Positions 21,988 to 33,686 are shown, numbered from the stretch's first letter. The stretch: DNA of 41,653 nucleotides from an uncultured cyanobacterium (GCA_963807635.1 CAWEDJ010000032.1:1-41653); one strand, 5' to 3'. Notes: generated from the letters alone by a model not told the origin. Numbers and translations are program-made.

Positions 21988-23789
21988 CTAAAACGAAAAG
22001 GGGTTTTCCGTTTGCAGGAGTTGGGTAAATTCTTCCGAAGTAATGGGTTCACTAAAAAGGTATCCCTGGATTTCATCACAATTATTTTCATGGACAAAGG
22101 TTAATTCCTCAGTGGTTTCAACTCCTTCTGCCACAACTCTTAAATTCAGTTGATGGGCCATGGTGATAATCGCCTGGGCGATCGCCGCATTTTTAGGATT
22201 TTGGTTAATTTTCTGAATAAAACACTGATCAATTTTGAGAATATCAAAGGGAAATTGTTGTAAATAACTCAAGGAAGAATACCCCGTACCAAAGTCATCC
22301 ATTGCAACTTTGATACCAACGGATTTTAATTGATGTAATTGCTCAATCGAGCGGGGAATATCATCTACCAAGGTACTTTCTGTAAGTTCTAGTTCAATTT
22401 TATTGGGATCAATTTGATGTCGTTGAAATAAGTCTGCTAACCATTGACCCAAATTTGCTTGATTAAATTGACGAGCCGAGAGATTCACCGCAATACGAAT
22501 AGAATCTAACCCTAATTTGTGCCAGCTTTTCAATTGTTGACAGGATTTTTCTAAAACCCATTCCCCAATTCCCTGAATTAAACCCGTCGCTTCAGCAATG
22601 GGGATAAAAACATAGGGAGAAATACGGCCTTTTTCGGGATGATCCCAGCGAACGAGAGCCTCGGCGCAAACTATTTTTCGAGTCTGGGCATTAATTTGAG
22701 GTTGATAATAAACAACAAACTCATTTCTTTCTAGGGCATGGCGTAGATCGCGTTCCAAGTCCAAAAGATTTACAGATGTCTTTTTTTCTAAACTGGGATG
22801 ATAAAGTTGGTATAAATTTCCACCCTGATTTTTAATAGAATCCTTAGCTTTTCTGGCGCATTTTAATAACTGGTCTAAATTATTACCATGAAGGGGATAG
22901 AGAGCGATTCCCAGAATAATGGGACAAATAATTTCTTGTGTGTGCGTAAAAAAGGGAGAAGAAAAAGCATCAACTAGAATTTTTGAAAAATGGATACTAT
23001 TATCTTTTAGGTTTGTAACGGAAGGATTAGAGGGTAGATTAGACAATTCCGAAGGCGTTAAAACAATCACAAATTCATTACTATTCAGTCGAGCAATTGC
23101 ACCTAGCTGGCGACAGTAGCTTGAATGCGCTCGACAGCTTCTTTTAATAACTGATTTCCGCCCTCATAACCGAGATGATCATTAATCCGTGAAAAACGCT
23201 CAAAGCTCAAAATGATTAAACATATTCCGTAAAAATCTGCCGAATTTTCTACGCCAGCTAAAAGATTATTTGATTTATTTTTATGGGGAGCGATCAGCGT
23301 TTCAAAATTCTCTCGTAGGGATAATTGATTGGGTAAATTAGTCAGTAAATCATGGTATAGTAAATGATTAATTTTTTCTTTATTTTCTTCTAATTTTTCT
23401 ATATATTGTTGATTAATAATTTCTTTTTTCCTAAGCCGAATTTGGATGACTTCTAATAATTCATCATTGGCAAAGGGTTTAATTAAATAATCATCTGCCC
23501 CTAAATTCATGGCATAACGAACATCTTGTCTGGTTCCCTTGGCAGTCAGAAAAATAAAGGGAATAGAGACAGTTTGGGGATTTTTTTGTAAGGCTTGCAG
23601 GACACCATGACCATCGATTTCTGGCATCATGACATCGCAAATGATCAAATCGGGCAAAACTGACTGCGCGATCGCGATCCCTTCTTTTCCATTGACCGCT
23701 TCTGCCACGTCAAATCCTTCTAAGAAAAGCAATTCACTAATTAGCTCTCGAATTGCCGTTTCATCTTCAATAATTAAAATAGTCGTCAT
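21988..23789 (-). CDS. REC - degenerate GGDEF - EAL response regulator / c-di-GMP phosphodiesterase (apparent -1 frameshift near 23110)
   Basis: REC: ILIIEDE, PDLIICDVMMP, FLTAK, KPF. GGDEF: DLLTNLPN and ARLNSNEF. EAL: AEALVRW, ELELTE, MDDFGTGYSSL, VAEGVE. Confidence 0.9.
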
Positions 23790-24232
23790 TTTGATTGCAA
23801 AAGCTCTCGTCAGAGGTCGTGTCGTAATTGAAATCCAGTCGCCTATAGATAATCATTCCCTGTTATCAAACTGAATGTGTAGCCATATTAGTAAAGAGAG
23901 GCTAATGGGTGGAGAATGATAAAACTAACTGGGGAATTTTTTGAGAGAATCAATCGGTTAGCGATCGCGACCATAGGAAAAATCGACTAGTTTGGACAAA
24001 AATAGACAAAAACCTATCTATTTACTAATCGAAACCCATCCTACCCTATTTTCTCAATCGTAGTCAATATGAGTTCATAAAAGATTATTAAGCCAAGTAA
24101 TAGGGGATTTCCCTGGGTTAGGACAAAACGCGGTTGAAGACAGAATGTTACAATTTATTGGGTTGTTGCGAACGATTGTGACAGCAAGAACCAGATTTTA
24201 CCCCAAAAAACTAGCAAGACTTGCACTTTACC

Positions 24233-25585
24233 ATGACTCTACAACACAAGCCTGTTCACGTAATCGGAGGCGGCCTGAGCAGGAACCGAAGCCGCTTGGC
24301 AAGTCGCCCAGGCTGGTGTTCCCGTGATTTTCTCGGAAACGCGTCCCCTCCGCCAGAGTCCCGCCCATCACAGTGAAGAGTTGGCTGAATTGGTCTGTAG
24401 TAATTCCTTTGGAGCCATGAGCAGCGATCGCGCCGCAGGACTATTACAAACCGAATTGCGTCGTTTGGGTTCGATTATTATTCAGACTGCCGACAAACAC
24501 GCTGTCCCTGCGGGGGGAGCTTTAGCCGTTGATCGGGGGATTTTTAGCCAGGAATTAACCCAAACGTTGGCCAGTCATCCTCTGATTGATTTTCGACGGG
24601 AAGAAGTGACAGAAATTCCCCAAGACGAAGTTGTAGTAATAGCAACGGGGCCATTAACCAGTCCAGCCTTAACTGAAGATTTACAAAAAATTACGGGTCT
24701 AGATTATCTGAGTTTTTTTGATGCGGCTAGTCCCATTATTGTGGGGGAATCGATTAATCATGATGTGGCTTTTTTGGCTTCTCGTTACGACAAAGGAGAA
24801 GCGGCCTATTTGAATTGTCCCTTTAACCGCGCCGAATATTTGCAATTTAGACAAGCATTGTGTGACGCAGAACAGGCTGAATTAAAGGATTTTGAGCGAG
24901 AAACCGCTAAATTTTTTGAAGGGTGTTTACCTATCGAAGAATTAGCCCAACGGGGAGAAGATACCATGCGTTACGGCCCCCTTAAACCCATTGGTCTATT
25001 TGATAGTCGTTTAGGAGATTTTCGCGCTCCTGAAAATAAAGAAAGACGCCCCTACGCGATCGCGCAATTACGCCAAGAAGATAAGGCGGGTCAGTTGTGG
25101 AATATGGTTGGGTTTCAAACCAATTTAAAATGGAGCGAACAAAAACGCATTTTTCAAATGATTCCAGGTCTGAAAAAGCGGAATTTGTCAGAATGGGAGT
25201 GATGCACCGCAATACTTTTATTAATTCTCCCGAAGTATTGGGAGCAAATTTACAATTTAAAAATCGTCCTACGCTTTTTGCGGCGGGCCAATTAATCGGC
25301 ACGGAAGGCTACACGGCGGCAACGGCGGGGGGATGGTTGGCAGGAACGAATGCGGCCAGATTAGTTTTAGGTTTAGCTCCCTTAGCTTTACCTGAAACAA
25401 CGATGATGGGGTTTTTATTTGCTTTTATTAGTTCTGCTTCTCCTAAACATTTTCAACCCATGCCTCCTAATTTTGGAATATTACCTGAACTTGAGCAAAA
25501 AATTCGGAGTAAACCAGAGCGTCATGGGCAATATCGCGATCGCGCTTTAGCCGATTTAGAAACGTGGTATTCCAGTCTTAAATAA
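24233..25585 (+). CDS. trmFO: Folate-dependent tRNA U54 methyltransferase TrmFO (apparent frameshifts near 24278 and 25172)
   Basis: [61 protein letters not shown] and [10 protein letters not shown]. Confidence 0.93.
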
Positions 25586-25632
25586 GACCAAAAAGTTAGT
25601 CTAACAATTTAATCAATCTAGCCTTAATTCCA

Positions 25633-25840
25633 ATGAATCATCAAGAAATCACCGTTGGCAGTAAAGTTCGTTTAATCAGTCTTCCGCCCTACCTAAAAAC
25701 CGCCGAACCGATGCCCATGTTGCGGCTTCTGACCTGTTAGAAATTGGCGCAGAAGGGGTGGTGATGGATCGTCGTCCTGGAAATTATTGGGGAGTTCGTT
25801 TTGAGCGAGGGGCATTTTTGATGGAGAATCAATATATTGA
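25633..25840 (+). pseudogene. sipA: First sipA copy, 3'-truncated at the duplication junction, with a 1-nt deletion near 25725
   Basis: Near-identical to 26220-26428. Confidence 0.8.
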
Positions 25841-26172
25841 AATTTAAAAATCGTCAAACGCTTTTTGCGGCGGGTCAATTAATCGGTACGGAAGGCTATA
25901 CGGCGGCAACGGCGGGGGGATGGTTGGCAGGAACGAATGCGGCCAGATTAGTTTTAGGTTTAGCTCCCTTAGCTTTACCTGAAACAACCATGATGGGGTC
26001 TTTATTTGCTTTTATTAGTTCTGCTTCTCCTAAACATTTTCAACCCATGCCTCCTAATTTTGGAATATTACCCGAACTTGGGCAAAAAATTCGCAGTAAA
26101 CCAGAGCGTCATGGGCAATATCGCGATCGCGCTTTAGCCGATTTAGAAACGTGGTATTCCAGTCTTAAATAA
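25841..26172 (+). pseudogene. trmFO: Second, 5'-truncated trmFO copy
   Basis: [27 protein letters not shown] repeats the trmFO C-terminus. Confidence 0.85.
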
Positions 26173-26219
26173 GACCAAAAAGTTAGTCTAACAATTTAAT
26201 CAATCTAGCCTTAATTCCA

Positions 26220-26486
26220 ATGAATCATCAAGAAATCACCGTTGGCAGTAAAGTTCGTTTAATCAGTCTTCCGCCCTACCTCAAAACCGCCGAACCCATG
26301 CCCATGTTGCGGCCTTCTGACCTGTTAGAAATTGGCGCAGAAGGGGTGGTGATGGATCGTCGTCCTGGGAATTATTGGGGAGTCCGTTTTGATCGAGGGG
26401 CATTTTTGATGGAGAATCAATATATTGAAACCTTAGGAAGCGAGATTCAATCTCCAGAGGAAAGTACAGCAACAGAAAGAATTTAG
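26220..26486 (+). CDS. sipA: NblS-interacting protein SipA (DUF3148)
   Basis: VGSKVRL..PPYLKTAEPMPMLRP..EGVVMDRRPGNYWGVRF.RGAFL. Confidence 0.88.
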   Translation: MNHQEITVGSKVRLISLPPYLKTAEPMPMLRPSDLLEIGAEGVVMDRRPGNYWGVRFDRGAFLMENQYIETLGSEIQSPEESTATERI

Positions 26487-26569
26487 ATTGCATAATGATT
26501 TTGCTGAAATTCTTGTAACAAGGGGCTTAAGCCCCTTGCCTGTATACGTTTTAGATAATGAACAGCTTA
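26479..26569 (+). mobile_element. 102-bp MITE-like repeat, copy B (left end lost; supplies the sipA stop codon)
   Basis: gaatttagattgcataatgattttgctgaa..caaggggcttaagccccttg..acagctta. Confidence 0.8.
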
Positions 26570-26575
26570 ACATCT

Positions 26576-28903
26576 CTATAAATTTTTACCAGGTTTAAAG
26601 ATACGCAATACTTGAAAAATATTAGAAAAATCATCTGTCCAGAGAAAATCTTGAGAACTCTTTGCGATTGCTTGCCATCGAGAATCATGAATAAGTTCAC
26701 CAAAATTACTAGGATTTTTCGTGAGTATGACCCAATGAGAAGGGGATTTGCCGAGGGCTTTTTCAGTTGGAGAAATAGTTAACTCTAATTGACTCAGGGT
26801 AGATAAGCCTAAATTCTGAGCTAAGGCTCCTAAGACGGGTTCTAGATTAATATGACGATTGGAGATATTAATCACTAGTAATCCCGTTTGATTTAACTTT
26901 TCTAGATAGAGTTGAATCGCCTCTTTTGTCACTAAATGGGTCGGAATTGAATCCGAACTAAAGGCATCCATAATCAGTAAATCATAGTAATTTTCAGGAG
27001 CATTTTTGATAGAAAATCTGCCATCACCCAAAACAATAGAAAAAGGAGATTTTGCATCTTTTAAAAAGGTAAAATATTGAGGATCACTGGCCAATCTTAT
27101 GACACTGGGATCTATTTCATAAAAAGTCCAATCCTGTTCTGGTGTTCCATAGCTCACTAAAGTCCCAATCCCTAATCCCAGAACGCCAACATGGGCAGAA
27201 GGATGAGACGCATTGAATGATTGAAAAACTTGTCCAATGGGGCCAGTTTTATAAAAATAGGTCAGGGGTTCATTGCGGCGATCGCGATCGAGACTTTGTT
27301 TTCCGTGTAAAGTTGTGCCGTGAAAAAGGCTATGATAATTTTCTTTTTGATTATATAAAACCCGATTCACTCCAAAAAAACTGCGTTCAGTCACCAGGGA
27401 AGATCCCATACTAGGAAGATAAAACTGAGTAATGAAAATGATTAAGATTAGCGAAGTTATCAAACGTATTTTACTAAACTTAAACCCATAGTTAATCAAA
27501 AAAAGTAGGATAATAGAAAAAATAATTCCTATCAAATTAGCATTAAAATATTTGACCTGAAAACCCGTTAATAAAAAGCAACTTAACAGAACAATACTGC
27601 TAATTAAGATTAAAGATTTTCTGACCTGGCGTAAATCATTCGACAAGTCGTGTTGGGGTAAAGTATTGAGAGCGCGATCGCCCTTGAGAAGAGAGGCAAT
27701 AATCTCTTTTTCTATTTTTTCGGGTTCTGTATTTTTCTTGAATTCTTTTTCTGTGTTTACTCCTAAAAGCATTAAACTTAACCCTAACATCAAGGGATAT
27801 TCCAATACCGTAGGAAATAATAACGGAGCCGCGATCGCATTAAATAAACCCCCTAAAACACCTCCCAGGGAAATCCAGAAATAAAAACTGGTTAAATAGT
27901 CGGGATTTGGGCGACTTTTGGCTAACTGTCCGTGAAAGACACCCGCAATCCCAAAAAATCCAAAGAGATGTAAGGGCAGAAATAACCAAATGGGTTCAAT
28001 GATTTTGAGTAAAGATAGGGCAATTAAACTGGCTACTAATAAAGGCAATATTTTTTCTAAGTTTTTTGCAGGAAAGAAGGGTTTACGGGAAAAACTCAGA
28101 ATGAAAGTTAATAAATAAATCGCCAGAGGCATGGCCCAAAGCAGAGGAATTGCGGCTAAATCGGTTGTTAAATAGGTAGTAATTCCTAGCAGTAAACTGG
28201 AGGGAAGAAAGGATAATAACACCCATTGAACTTTAAGGGTCGCTGTTGGCGCAGATTGATCTGTATCTAGCGTTGAAATATTCTGAGAAAGGGGTAAGAT
28301 CTGATCCTGATTTTTTCCTTTCCACAAAATTATTCCACATCCTAATGTTAGTAAAATCAGTAAAATATAACCCACTGCCCATAAAAAACTTTGGCGAGTT
28401 AAGGAAAGAGTTGGTTCAAGTAAAATCGGATAAAAAATGACACCGAAAAGGCTACCAAAGTTACTCGCGCCATATAAAAAATAGGGATCAGAACTTCGGG
28501 AATGGGTGGTATGGGAAAACCATTTCTGTACTAAGGGTGCGCTAGTCGAAATCGCAAAGAAGGGACAACCAACAGATAAAATTAATAGGAATAGTAGCCC
28601 AATAATAGGATCATTGACGAAAGAAGAAAACCAACCCTTGTTTAAAGTAATGGGTAAAAAAAGAATTGGAGCCAAAATCACAAAGGCATGAATAATACTT
28701 TGACGACGCACGCCTAACCATTTGGTTGTTAAATGAGAATATCCATAACCCAGTAATAAAGTCGTTTGAAAGAAAAATAAACAAGTGTTCCAAACCGAAG
28801 GTGATCCCCCCAATAAAGGCAGAATCATCTTAGCAATCATCAATTCTAACCAGAACAGTAGGAAGGCACTAATAAATAGTGTCAAAGAGAAAAAAATTAG
28901 CAA
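26576..28903 (-). CDS. Fused multi-TM (MFS-like) / spermidine synthase-like SAM-binding membrane protein
   Basis: PLLGGSPSVWNT, DPYFLYGASN.GS, many TM helices, then HGTTLHG, VLGLGIGT, FYEIDP, GDGR and DAFSSDSIP.HL. Confidence 0.88.
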   Translation of the reverse strand: MLIFFSLTLFISAFLLFWLELMIAKMILPLLGGSPSVWNTCLFFFQTTLLLGYGYSHLTTKWLGVRRQSIIHAFVILAPILFLPITLNKGWFSSFVNDPIIGLLFLLILSVGCPFFAISTSAPLVQKWFSHTTHSRSSDPYFLYGASNFGSLFGVIFYPILLEPTLSLTRQSFLWAVGYILLILLTLGCGIILWKGKNQDQILPLSQNISTLDTDQSAPTATLKVQWVLLSFLPSSLLLGITTYLTTDLAAIPLLWAMPLAIYLLTFILSFSRKPFFPAKNLEKILPLLVASLIALSLLKIIEPIWLFLPLHLFGFFGIAGVFHGQLAKSRPNPDYLTSFYFWISLGGVLGGLFNAIAAPLLFPTVLEYPLMLGLSLMLLGVNTEKEFKKNTEPEKIEKEIIASLLKGDRALNTLPQHDLSNDLRQVRKSLILISSIVLLSCFLLTGFQVKYFNANLIGIIFSIILLFLINYGFKFSKIRLITSLILIIFITQFYLPSMGSSLVTERSFFGVNRVLYNQKENYHSLFHGTTLHGKQSLDRDRRNEPLTYFYKTGPIGQVFQSFNASHPSAHVGVLGLGIGTLVSYGTPEQDWTFYEIDPSVIRLASDPQYFTFLKDAKSPFSIVLGDGRFSIKNAPENYYDLLIMDAFSSDSIPTHLVTKEAIQLYLEKLNQTGLLVINISNRHINLEPVLGALAQNLGLSTLSQLELTISPTEKALGKSPSHWVILTKNPSNFGELIHDSRWQAIAKSSQDFLWTDDFSNIFQVLRIFKPGKNL

Positions 28904-28960
28904 GAAAGTTATCTCTCTAAATAGAATTTACAGGACTTTATCGTTTAATTTCATCTAGGA

Positions 28961-29062
28961 TAAGCTGTTAATTATCTAAAATAAATACAGGCAAGGGGCT
29001 TAAGCCCCTTGTTACAAGACTTTCAAGAAAACCATTATGCAATCTAAATTTGTGATAGCTTA
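28961..29062 (-). mobile_element. 102-bp MITE-like repeat, copy C (inverted)
   Basis: taagctgttaattatctaa..caaggggcttaagccccttg..tatgcaatctaaatttgtgatagctta. Confidence 0.8.
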
Positions 29063-29102
29063 AGGACATATAAAAAACTTTTTCGCTATCATAAAATATC
29101 TT

Positions 29103-29988
29103 TTAATTGGAATCTTTGGATTTTGTTTGACTCGGTGGTGCTTCCTTAACCGTTGAAGAGGAAGATAATTCAGGGGCAGAACGAATAGTGTTGAGAGACA
29201 TTTGTTTGATGGTTTCTTTGTATTGGGTTGGTGCCAAAAGGAGAGCCTGTTGAAAAATTGGTTCTGCCGCTTTGGTTTGGCCTTGTTGATTCAAGACAAT
29301 GGCTTTGGCTAAGATAGGACGAAAATCTTCAGGATTCATCTGACTGGTGTTTTCATAAAGCGCGATCGCGTCATTAACCCGATTTTGTTGGAGATAAATT
29401 TCCCCCAATAGCAATTGCACCGAAGTAACGTTCGCCGAATTTTCTTCATTGGGATCAGATCCTCGAATTTTGATCGCCTGAGTGATAGCATTTTGTACGG
29501 TTTGAATCGCTTCGGCATCACGTTTTTGGAGAATGAATAAATCCGACAGTCCCTTTAAGGTACGAATATCCAGGGGATTACTCGCTAATAAATTTCGATA
29601 AAGATTCGATGTACCCTCATAATCCTGGAGTTGTTGTTTAGTTTGGCCAACAGTAACGTATATTCAATTTGCTCAGGAATTAATTGGGATAATCTTTCTA
29701 AAGGCGCGATCGCATCCTTGAGCTTGTCTTGTCTGAGACGATTTTCTAGCAATCCTTGGAGGGCATTGACATTATTCGGTTCCCGCTCTAGGACTAATTC
29801 GTATCCCAAGGCTTCGGCTTCTAGGCGACGACTGTTTGCATCCAGGGGCGTTGCGGCGGCATTGTCTATCCTAGATTGTTGCAAAATACTCGATACTAGA
29901 GGTGCGATGGAAAAAATCAATAAGGCCCGATCATTAAAAATAAACCGAGATAAACCCAGGGACTGCGTTTGGTGGGGGAAGCTTTCAT
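29103..29988 (-). CDS. Membrane-anchored TPR protein (apparent frameshifts near 29925 and 29645)
   Basis: N-terminal TM, GYELVLEREPNN..ALQGL, then TPR helices. Adding one base at each GGCC site gives one continuous frame into ORF 29103-29420. Confidence 0.75.
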
Positions 29989-30195
29989 AAACTAAAAAAT
30001 AATTAAAATCCGAAACTAACTCACCATCAAGCAGGTCGGGATAATGACCCTGTAGGATTGACGGTAATATTTAGATAGATCATTGAATCTAACCAACAGA
30101 GTTGACTTTATCTTTATAATCAGATGAACTCTGTCTTCAGTAGGCCATTTTAGCCTGCGACCATTCCCCTTGTCTCCGTTCCTAAGAAGTTGAAC

Positions 30196-31020
30196 ATGAA
30201 CTCCCCCGTTAATCAGCCCATTGATTCTTTGCCCCCTGTGGGTAAGGCGGCCCCCCAACCATCTCCAAACAATCCATCAGACTCTGCGGTAAAAACGATT
30301 CGGAAACAACCCATTCCGCCCCCGAACCATCCTCGACAATATCGGGCGATCGGCTTGGTCTATGGTCAATATACCCAAACTGAGGGTCATCTCACCCAGG
30401 GCATTTTAACTAGGGAAGACGGGACAGAAATCGAAGCCGTTTTGCTGGGTCGCATGATCAGCTTAATTAAGAACCATATTGATTTAACCCAGCCCCATCT
30501 TTGGGTCGTTTATCCCCACATTCGTCAAGAGGATGATCATCTCCATCTCCAGCTTGTGGGAGTCTGGGAGCCAGAAACTTTGGGACAAAATGAAGTCATT
30601 GGTGTAACAGGAGAATCCGACGAAGAACAAACGAGCGGCTTTTTTTCGATTCGGGGACAGGTCGCCTTTGCCTCCTCAGAAACCGAGGTGATTATCGTTA
30701 AAATTCGTCAAGCTCCCAAGGCAGAGGGGGAACGCCCCAAATTCTTTAAAATTAAGTTAAAAGGTCTGTTACCTGAAAAACCCGTGAGTCGTTTTTGGGA
30801 TTTACAGGCCCAATTGGTCGGGACAGATTTAGTACTTCAATCGGCAACGGATCTAGGATTCGCCGCTAGTAAAAAGCCTGTCAAACGCTCAGATAAAGAA
30901 CGTCGTAATCTAGGGAAAGCAAAAGCCAATCGAAGTTCAGGTAGTCGTCACCGTCCCGCCGATGCTTCAGGGGAAAAGCGTTCTGCCCCCCTGCCCAAAC
31001 CTCGCCCTAAAACCTCTTAA
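30196..31020 (+). CDS. Conserved cyanobacterial hypothetical protein
   Basis: PIPPP.HPRQYRAIGLV.G.Y, HLWVVYP and LVGVWEPETL; long intact ORF. Confidence 0.75.
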   Translation: MNSPVNQPIDSLPPVGKAAPQPSPNNPSDSAVKTIRKQPIPPPNHPRQYRAIGLVYGQYTQTEGHLTQGILTREDGTEIEAVLLGRMISLIKNHIDLTQPHLWVVYPHIRQEDDHLHLQLVGVWEPETLGQNEVIGVTGESDEEQTSGFFSIRGQVAFASSETEVIIVKIRQAPKAEGERPKFFKIKLKGLLPEKPVSRFWDLQAQLVGTDLVLQSATDLGFAASKKPVKRSDKERRNLGKAKANRSSGSRHRPADASGEKRSAPLPKPRPKTS

Positions 31021-31161
31021 AAAACCTCTTAAGGCGATCGCCCTGGTTCAATCGATGGGAAAACTCCAGATTATTTCCTTTGATTCTGTTGGTATTAACC
31101 TTATACTTAGTTTCTAGGGGGAAAGCTCCAACGCTAAAAAATACATTAATCGCCCATTGGC

Positions 31162-31683
31162 ATGGTTTTTTGGAAACGTTTGTTTAGTTCTGATACGATC
31201 GCGGCTCCTGTCCCGACTCAATTTGAGGGGGATTTTGTCGAATTTTTTGATGAGGGAGTCACTCAATCTCGTTTTTTCTTTAGCACTGACCGAGAAATTG
31301 ATCTCTACGAATTAGAAGAACTCTGTGATGCTGTCGGCTGGGCCCGTTGTCCCATTCGTAAAGTCAAGAAGGCTTTGGAATTTAGTTTTTTAGTGGTTTC
31401 CATGTGGGAAGTCAAGGGCAATCGACGCTATCTCATTGGCTTTGCCCGTGCCACTTCTGACCATGCGTTTAATGCGACGGTGTGGGATGTGGTAATTCAC
31501 CCTCGGTTTCAGTCCAAGGGGTTCGGAAAAGCCCTTATTAAGTATCTAATTCGTAAACTTCGTAACGAAGACATTAGCAATATCACCCTGTTTGCCGATC
31601 CCCAGGTGGTTGATTTTTATCGACGGTTGGGGTTTGTTCTTGATCCAGAGGGGATTAAGGGAATGTTTTGGTATCCTGATTGA
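31162..31683 (+). CDS. ycf52: GNAT acetyltransferase (Ycf52-like)
   Basis: [40 protein letters not shown] and ITLFADP. Confidence 0.88.
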   Translation: MVFWKRLFSSDTIAAPVPTQFEGDFVEFFDEGVTQSRFFFSTDREIDLYELEELCDAVGWARCPIRKVKKALEFSFLVVSMWEVKGNRRYLIGFARATSDHAFNATVWDVVIHPRFQSKGFGKALIKYLIRKLRNEDISNITLFADPQVVDFYRRLGFVLDPEGIKGMFWYPD

Positions 31684-31687
31684 AAAG

Positions 31688-31822
31688 TCCCCCTTATTGA
31701 GGTTACTGTACACACATCTCTTTGCATCTTTGATCCCCCTGCCTACGGCATCCCCCTTAAAAAGGGGGACTAAGTTATTGATAGGAATTTAGCCCCCCTT
31801 ATCAAGGGGGGTAGGGGGGATC
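31688..31822. repeat. GC-hairpin dispersed repeat with a remnant MITE end
   Basis: ccccttattgagg, then tgtacacacatct (as at 15960), gatccccctgcctacggcatcccccttaaaaagggggac and cccccttatcaaggggggtaggggggatc. Confidence 0.7.
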
Positions 31823-31864
31823 ACAGGAGAAAACGTATTTTAAGCCGAATATCGCCCATTAACT

Positions 31865-33646
31865 ATGCTTTCTTGTCTGCGAATTCAGAATTTTGCCCTA
31901 ATCGATCGCCTGGAATTGACCTTTTCCCAAGGATTGAATGTTTTAACGGGAGAGACGGGGGCAGGTAAGTCGATTATTCTTGATGCGATCGATCTGGTTT
32001 TGGGAGGAAAAATTCATGGTCGGGCGATCCGTCAGGGGAGTCAATCCGCCTCCATTGAAGCCACTTTTACCATTAGTCCCATTACCCAAGCCTGGTTACA
32101 AGTCCAAGAGATAGAACCCCTAGAAGACAATGTTTTAATTTGTAGTCGTGAATTAACCCTAACAGGGGAATCCTTGCGATCACAAGGTGGCGCGGTGCGA
32201 TCGCGTTCTAGAGTCAATGGAGTCTTAATTAATCGTCAATTATTGTCCCAATTACGGGAATATCTAGTTGAAATCACTGCCCAGGGTCAAACAACCCAGT
32301 TAATGGAATCGGCTGTCCAACGAGGTTTATTAGACCTCTATGGGGGCAAATCTATTTTAGAACAACGTCAAAGGGTAGAATCTGCCTATACCACCTATCA
32401 CACTGCTCAAAAAAAGCTGGAAGACCGTCGTGAATCGGAAAAAAATCGGCTGCAACGGTTGGATTTATTGGAATATCAACTGAAAGAATTTGAAGAAGCC
32501 CAATTGACCGATGCCGATGAAGCAGAAGCTCTCAATCAAGAACGCGATCGCCTTTCCCATGTGGTAGAACTGCAACAACTGAGTTATCAGGCTTACCAAT
32601 TACTCTATCAAAATGACCTGGGCGAATCGGCCATTGCAGATTTGTTGGGAACAGCAGAAGGTCTGCTCACGGATATGAGTCAATATGATGAGGCGATCGC
32701 CAGTATTCTAGAAATGGTGCGGGGAGCCTTAACCCAGGTAGTGGAAGCCAGTCAACAATTAAGTACCTACGGCGATAGTTTGGAAAGTGATCCCCAACGT
32801 TTAAACGAAGTAGAAGAACGCATTGTTTTACTCAAACGTCTCTGTCGCAAATATGGCCCAACGCTCAAAGACGCGATCGCCTACGAACAAAAATTAGCAC
32901 AGGAATTAGCCGAATTAACCGACCAAGATCAATCTGTTGAAAAGTTAGAGCAGGAGTATGAACAAACCAAAGAAGTTTTAATAAAAGAATGTGAAAAATT
33001 AACCCAATTGCGTCAACAAACGGCTTATCAATTAGAGAAACAATTAGTCAAAGAGTTAAAACCCTTGGCAATGGAAAAGGTAATTTTTGTTTGTCAGATT
33101 ACGCCCACTACGCCCAACGGAACAGGAGCCGATCAGGTTGTTTTTTACTTTAGTCCTAACCCTGGAGAAAAAATTCAGCCTCTTTCGACAACGGCATCAG
33201 GCGGAGAAATGAGTCGTTTTTTATTAGCTCTCAAGGCCTGTTTTTCCCAAGCCGATAATCCTGATCACACGTTGATTTTTGATGAAATTGATGTGGGTGT
33301 TTCAGGAAAAGTTGCCCAGGCGATCGCCGATAAACTCTATCAATTAGGACAAAGTCAACAGGTTCTATGTGTCACCCACCAGCCGTTAGTGGCGGCCATG
33401 GCCGATAGTCATTTTCGAGTTGATAAAAATATTATTCAGGAATCTTCTGTTCATTTGGTTAAAAATAGCTCAGACCTTAATCTTTCCGAGATTCGGACTG
33501 TTGTGCGCGTAATTCCCCTTACCTCTGTACAAGCTCGACAAAGAGAGTTAGCCCAACTAACAGGAGGACACTCCGCCGAAGAAGCGTTGACGTTTGCTCA
33601 ATCTTTATTAACCAAGGCTAATAAACAACGATCCCAAACCTCTTAG
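31865..33646 (+). CDS. recN: DNA repair protein RecN
   Basis: LTGETGAGKSI, ASGGEMSR, LIFDEIDVGVSG and VLCVTHQP. Confidence 0.96.
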   Translation: MLSCLRIQNFALIDRLELTFSQGLNVLTGETGAGKSIILDAIDLVLGGKIHGRAIRQGSQSASIEATFTISPITQAWLQVQEIEPLEDNVLICSRELTLTGESLRSQGGAVRSRSRVNGVLINRQLLSQLREYLVEITAQGQTTQLMESAVQRGLLDLYGGKSILEQRQRVESAYTTYHTAQKKLEDRRESEKNRLQRLDLLEYQLKEFEEAQLTDADEAEALNQERDRLSHVVELQQLSYQAYQLLYQNDLGESAIADLLGTAEGLLTDMSQYDEAIASILEMVRGALTQVVEASQQLSTYGDSLESDPQRLNEVEERIVLLKRLCRKYGPTLKDAIAYEQKLAQELAELTDQDQSVEKLEQEYEQTKEVLIKECEKLTQLRQQTAYQLEKQLVKELKPLAMEKVIFVCQITPTTPNGTGADQVVFYFSPNPGEKIQPLSTTASGGEMSRFLLALKACFSQADNPDHTLIFDEIDVGVSGKVAQAIADKLYQLGQSQQVLCVTHQPLVAAMADSHFRVDKNIIQESSVHLVKNSSDLNLSEIRTVVRVIPLTSVQARQRELAQLTGGHSAEEALTFAQSLLTKANKQRSQTS

Positions 33647-33686
33647 TTTTATTGAACCTTCCTTGAAAAGGATTTAGGCTAATTCT

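Larger units (their letters stand above)
25254..26428 (+). repeat. Tandem duplication (25254-25840 and 25841-26428) of the trmFO 3' part and most of sipA
   Basis: Manual alignment gives 15 substitutions and one 1-nt indel over about 587 bp, with aa microhomology at the junction. Confidence 0.95.

Noticed and set aside
17013..29062. CRISPR array from the repeated palindromic 102-bp units
   Set aside because: The copies are kilobases apart, there is no repeat-spacer periodicity, and no cas genes are present.
31009..31032. 12-bp tandem repeat aaaacctcttaa at a gene end
   Set aside because: Only two copies, consistent with slippage; no evidence of function.
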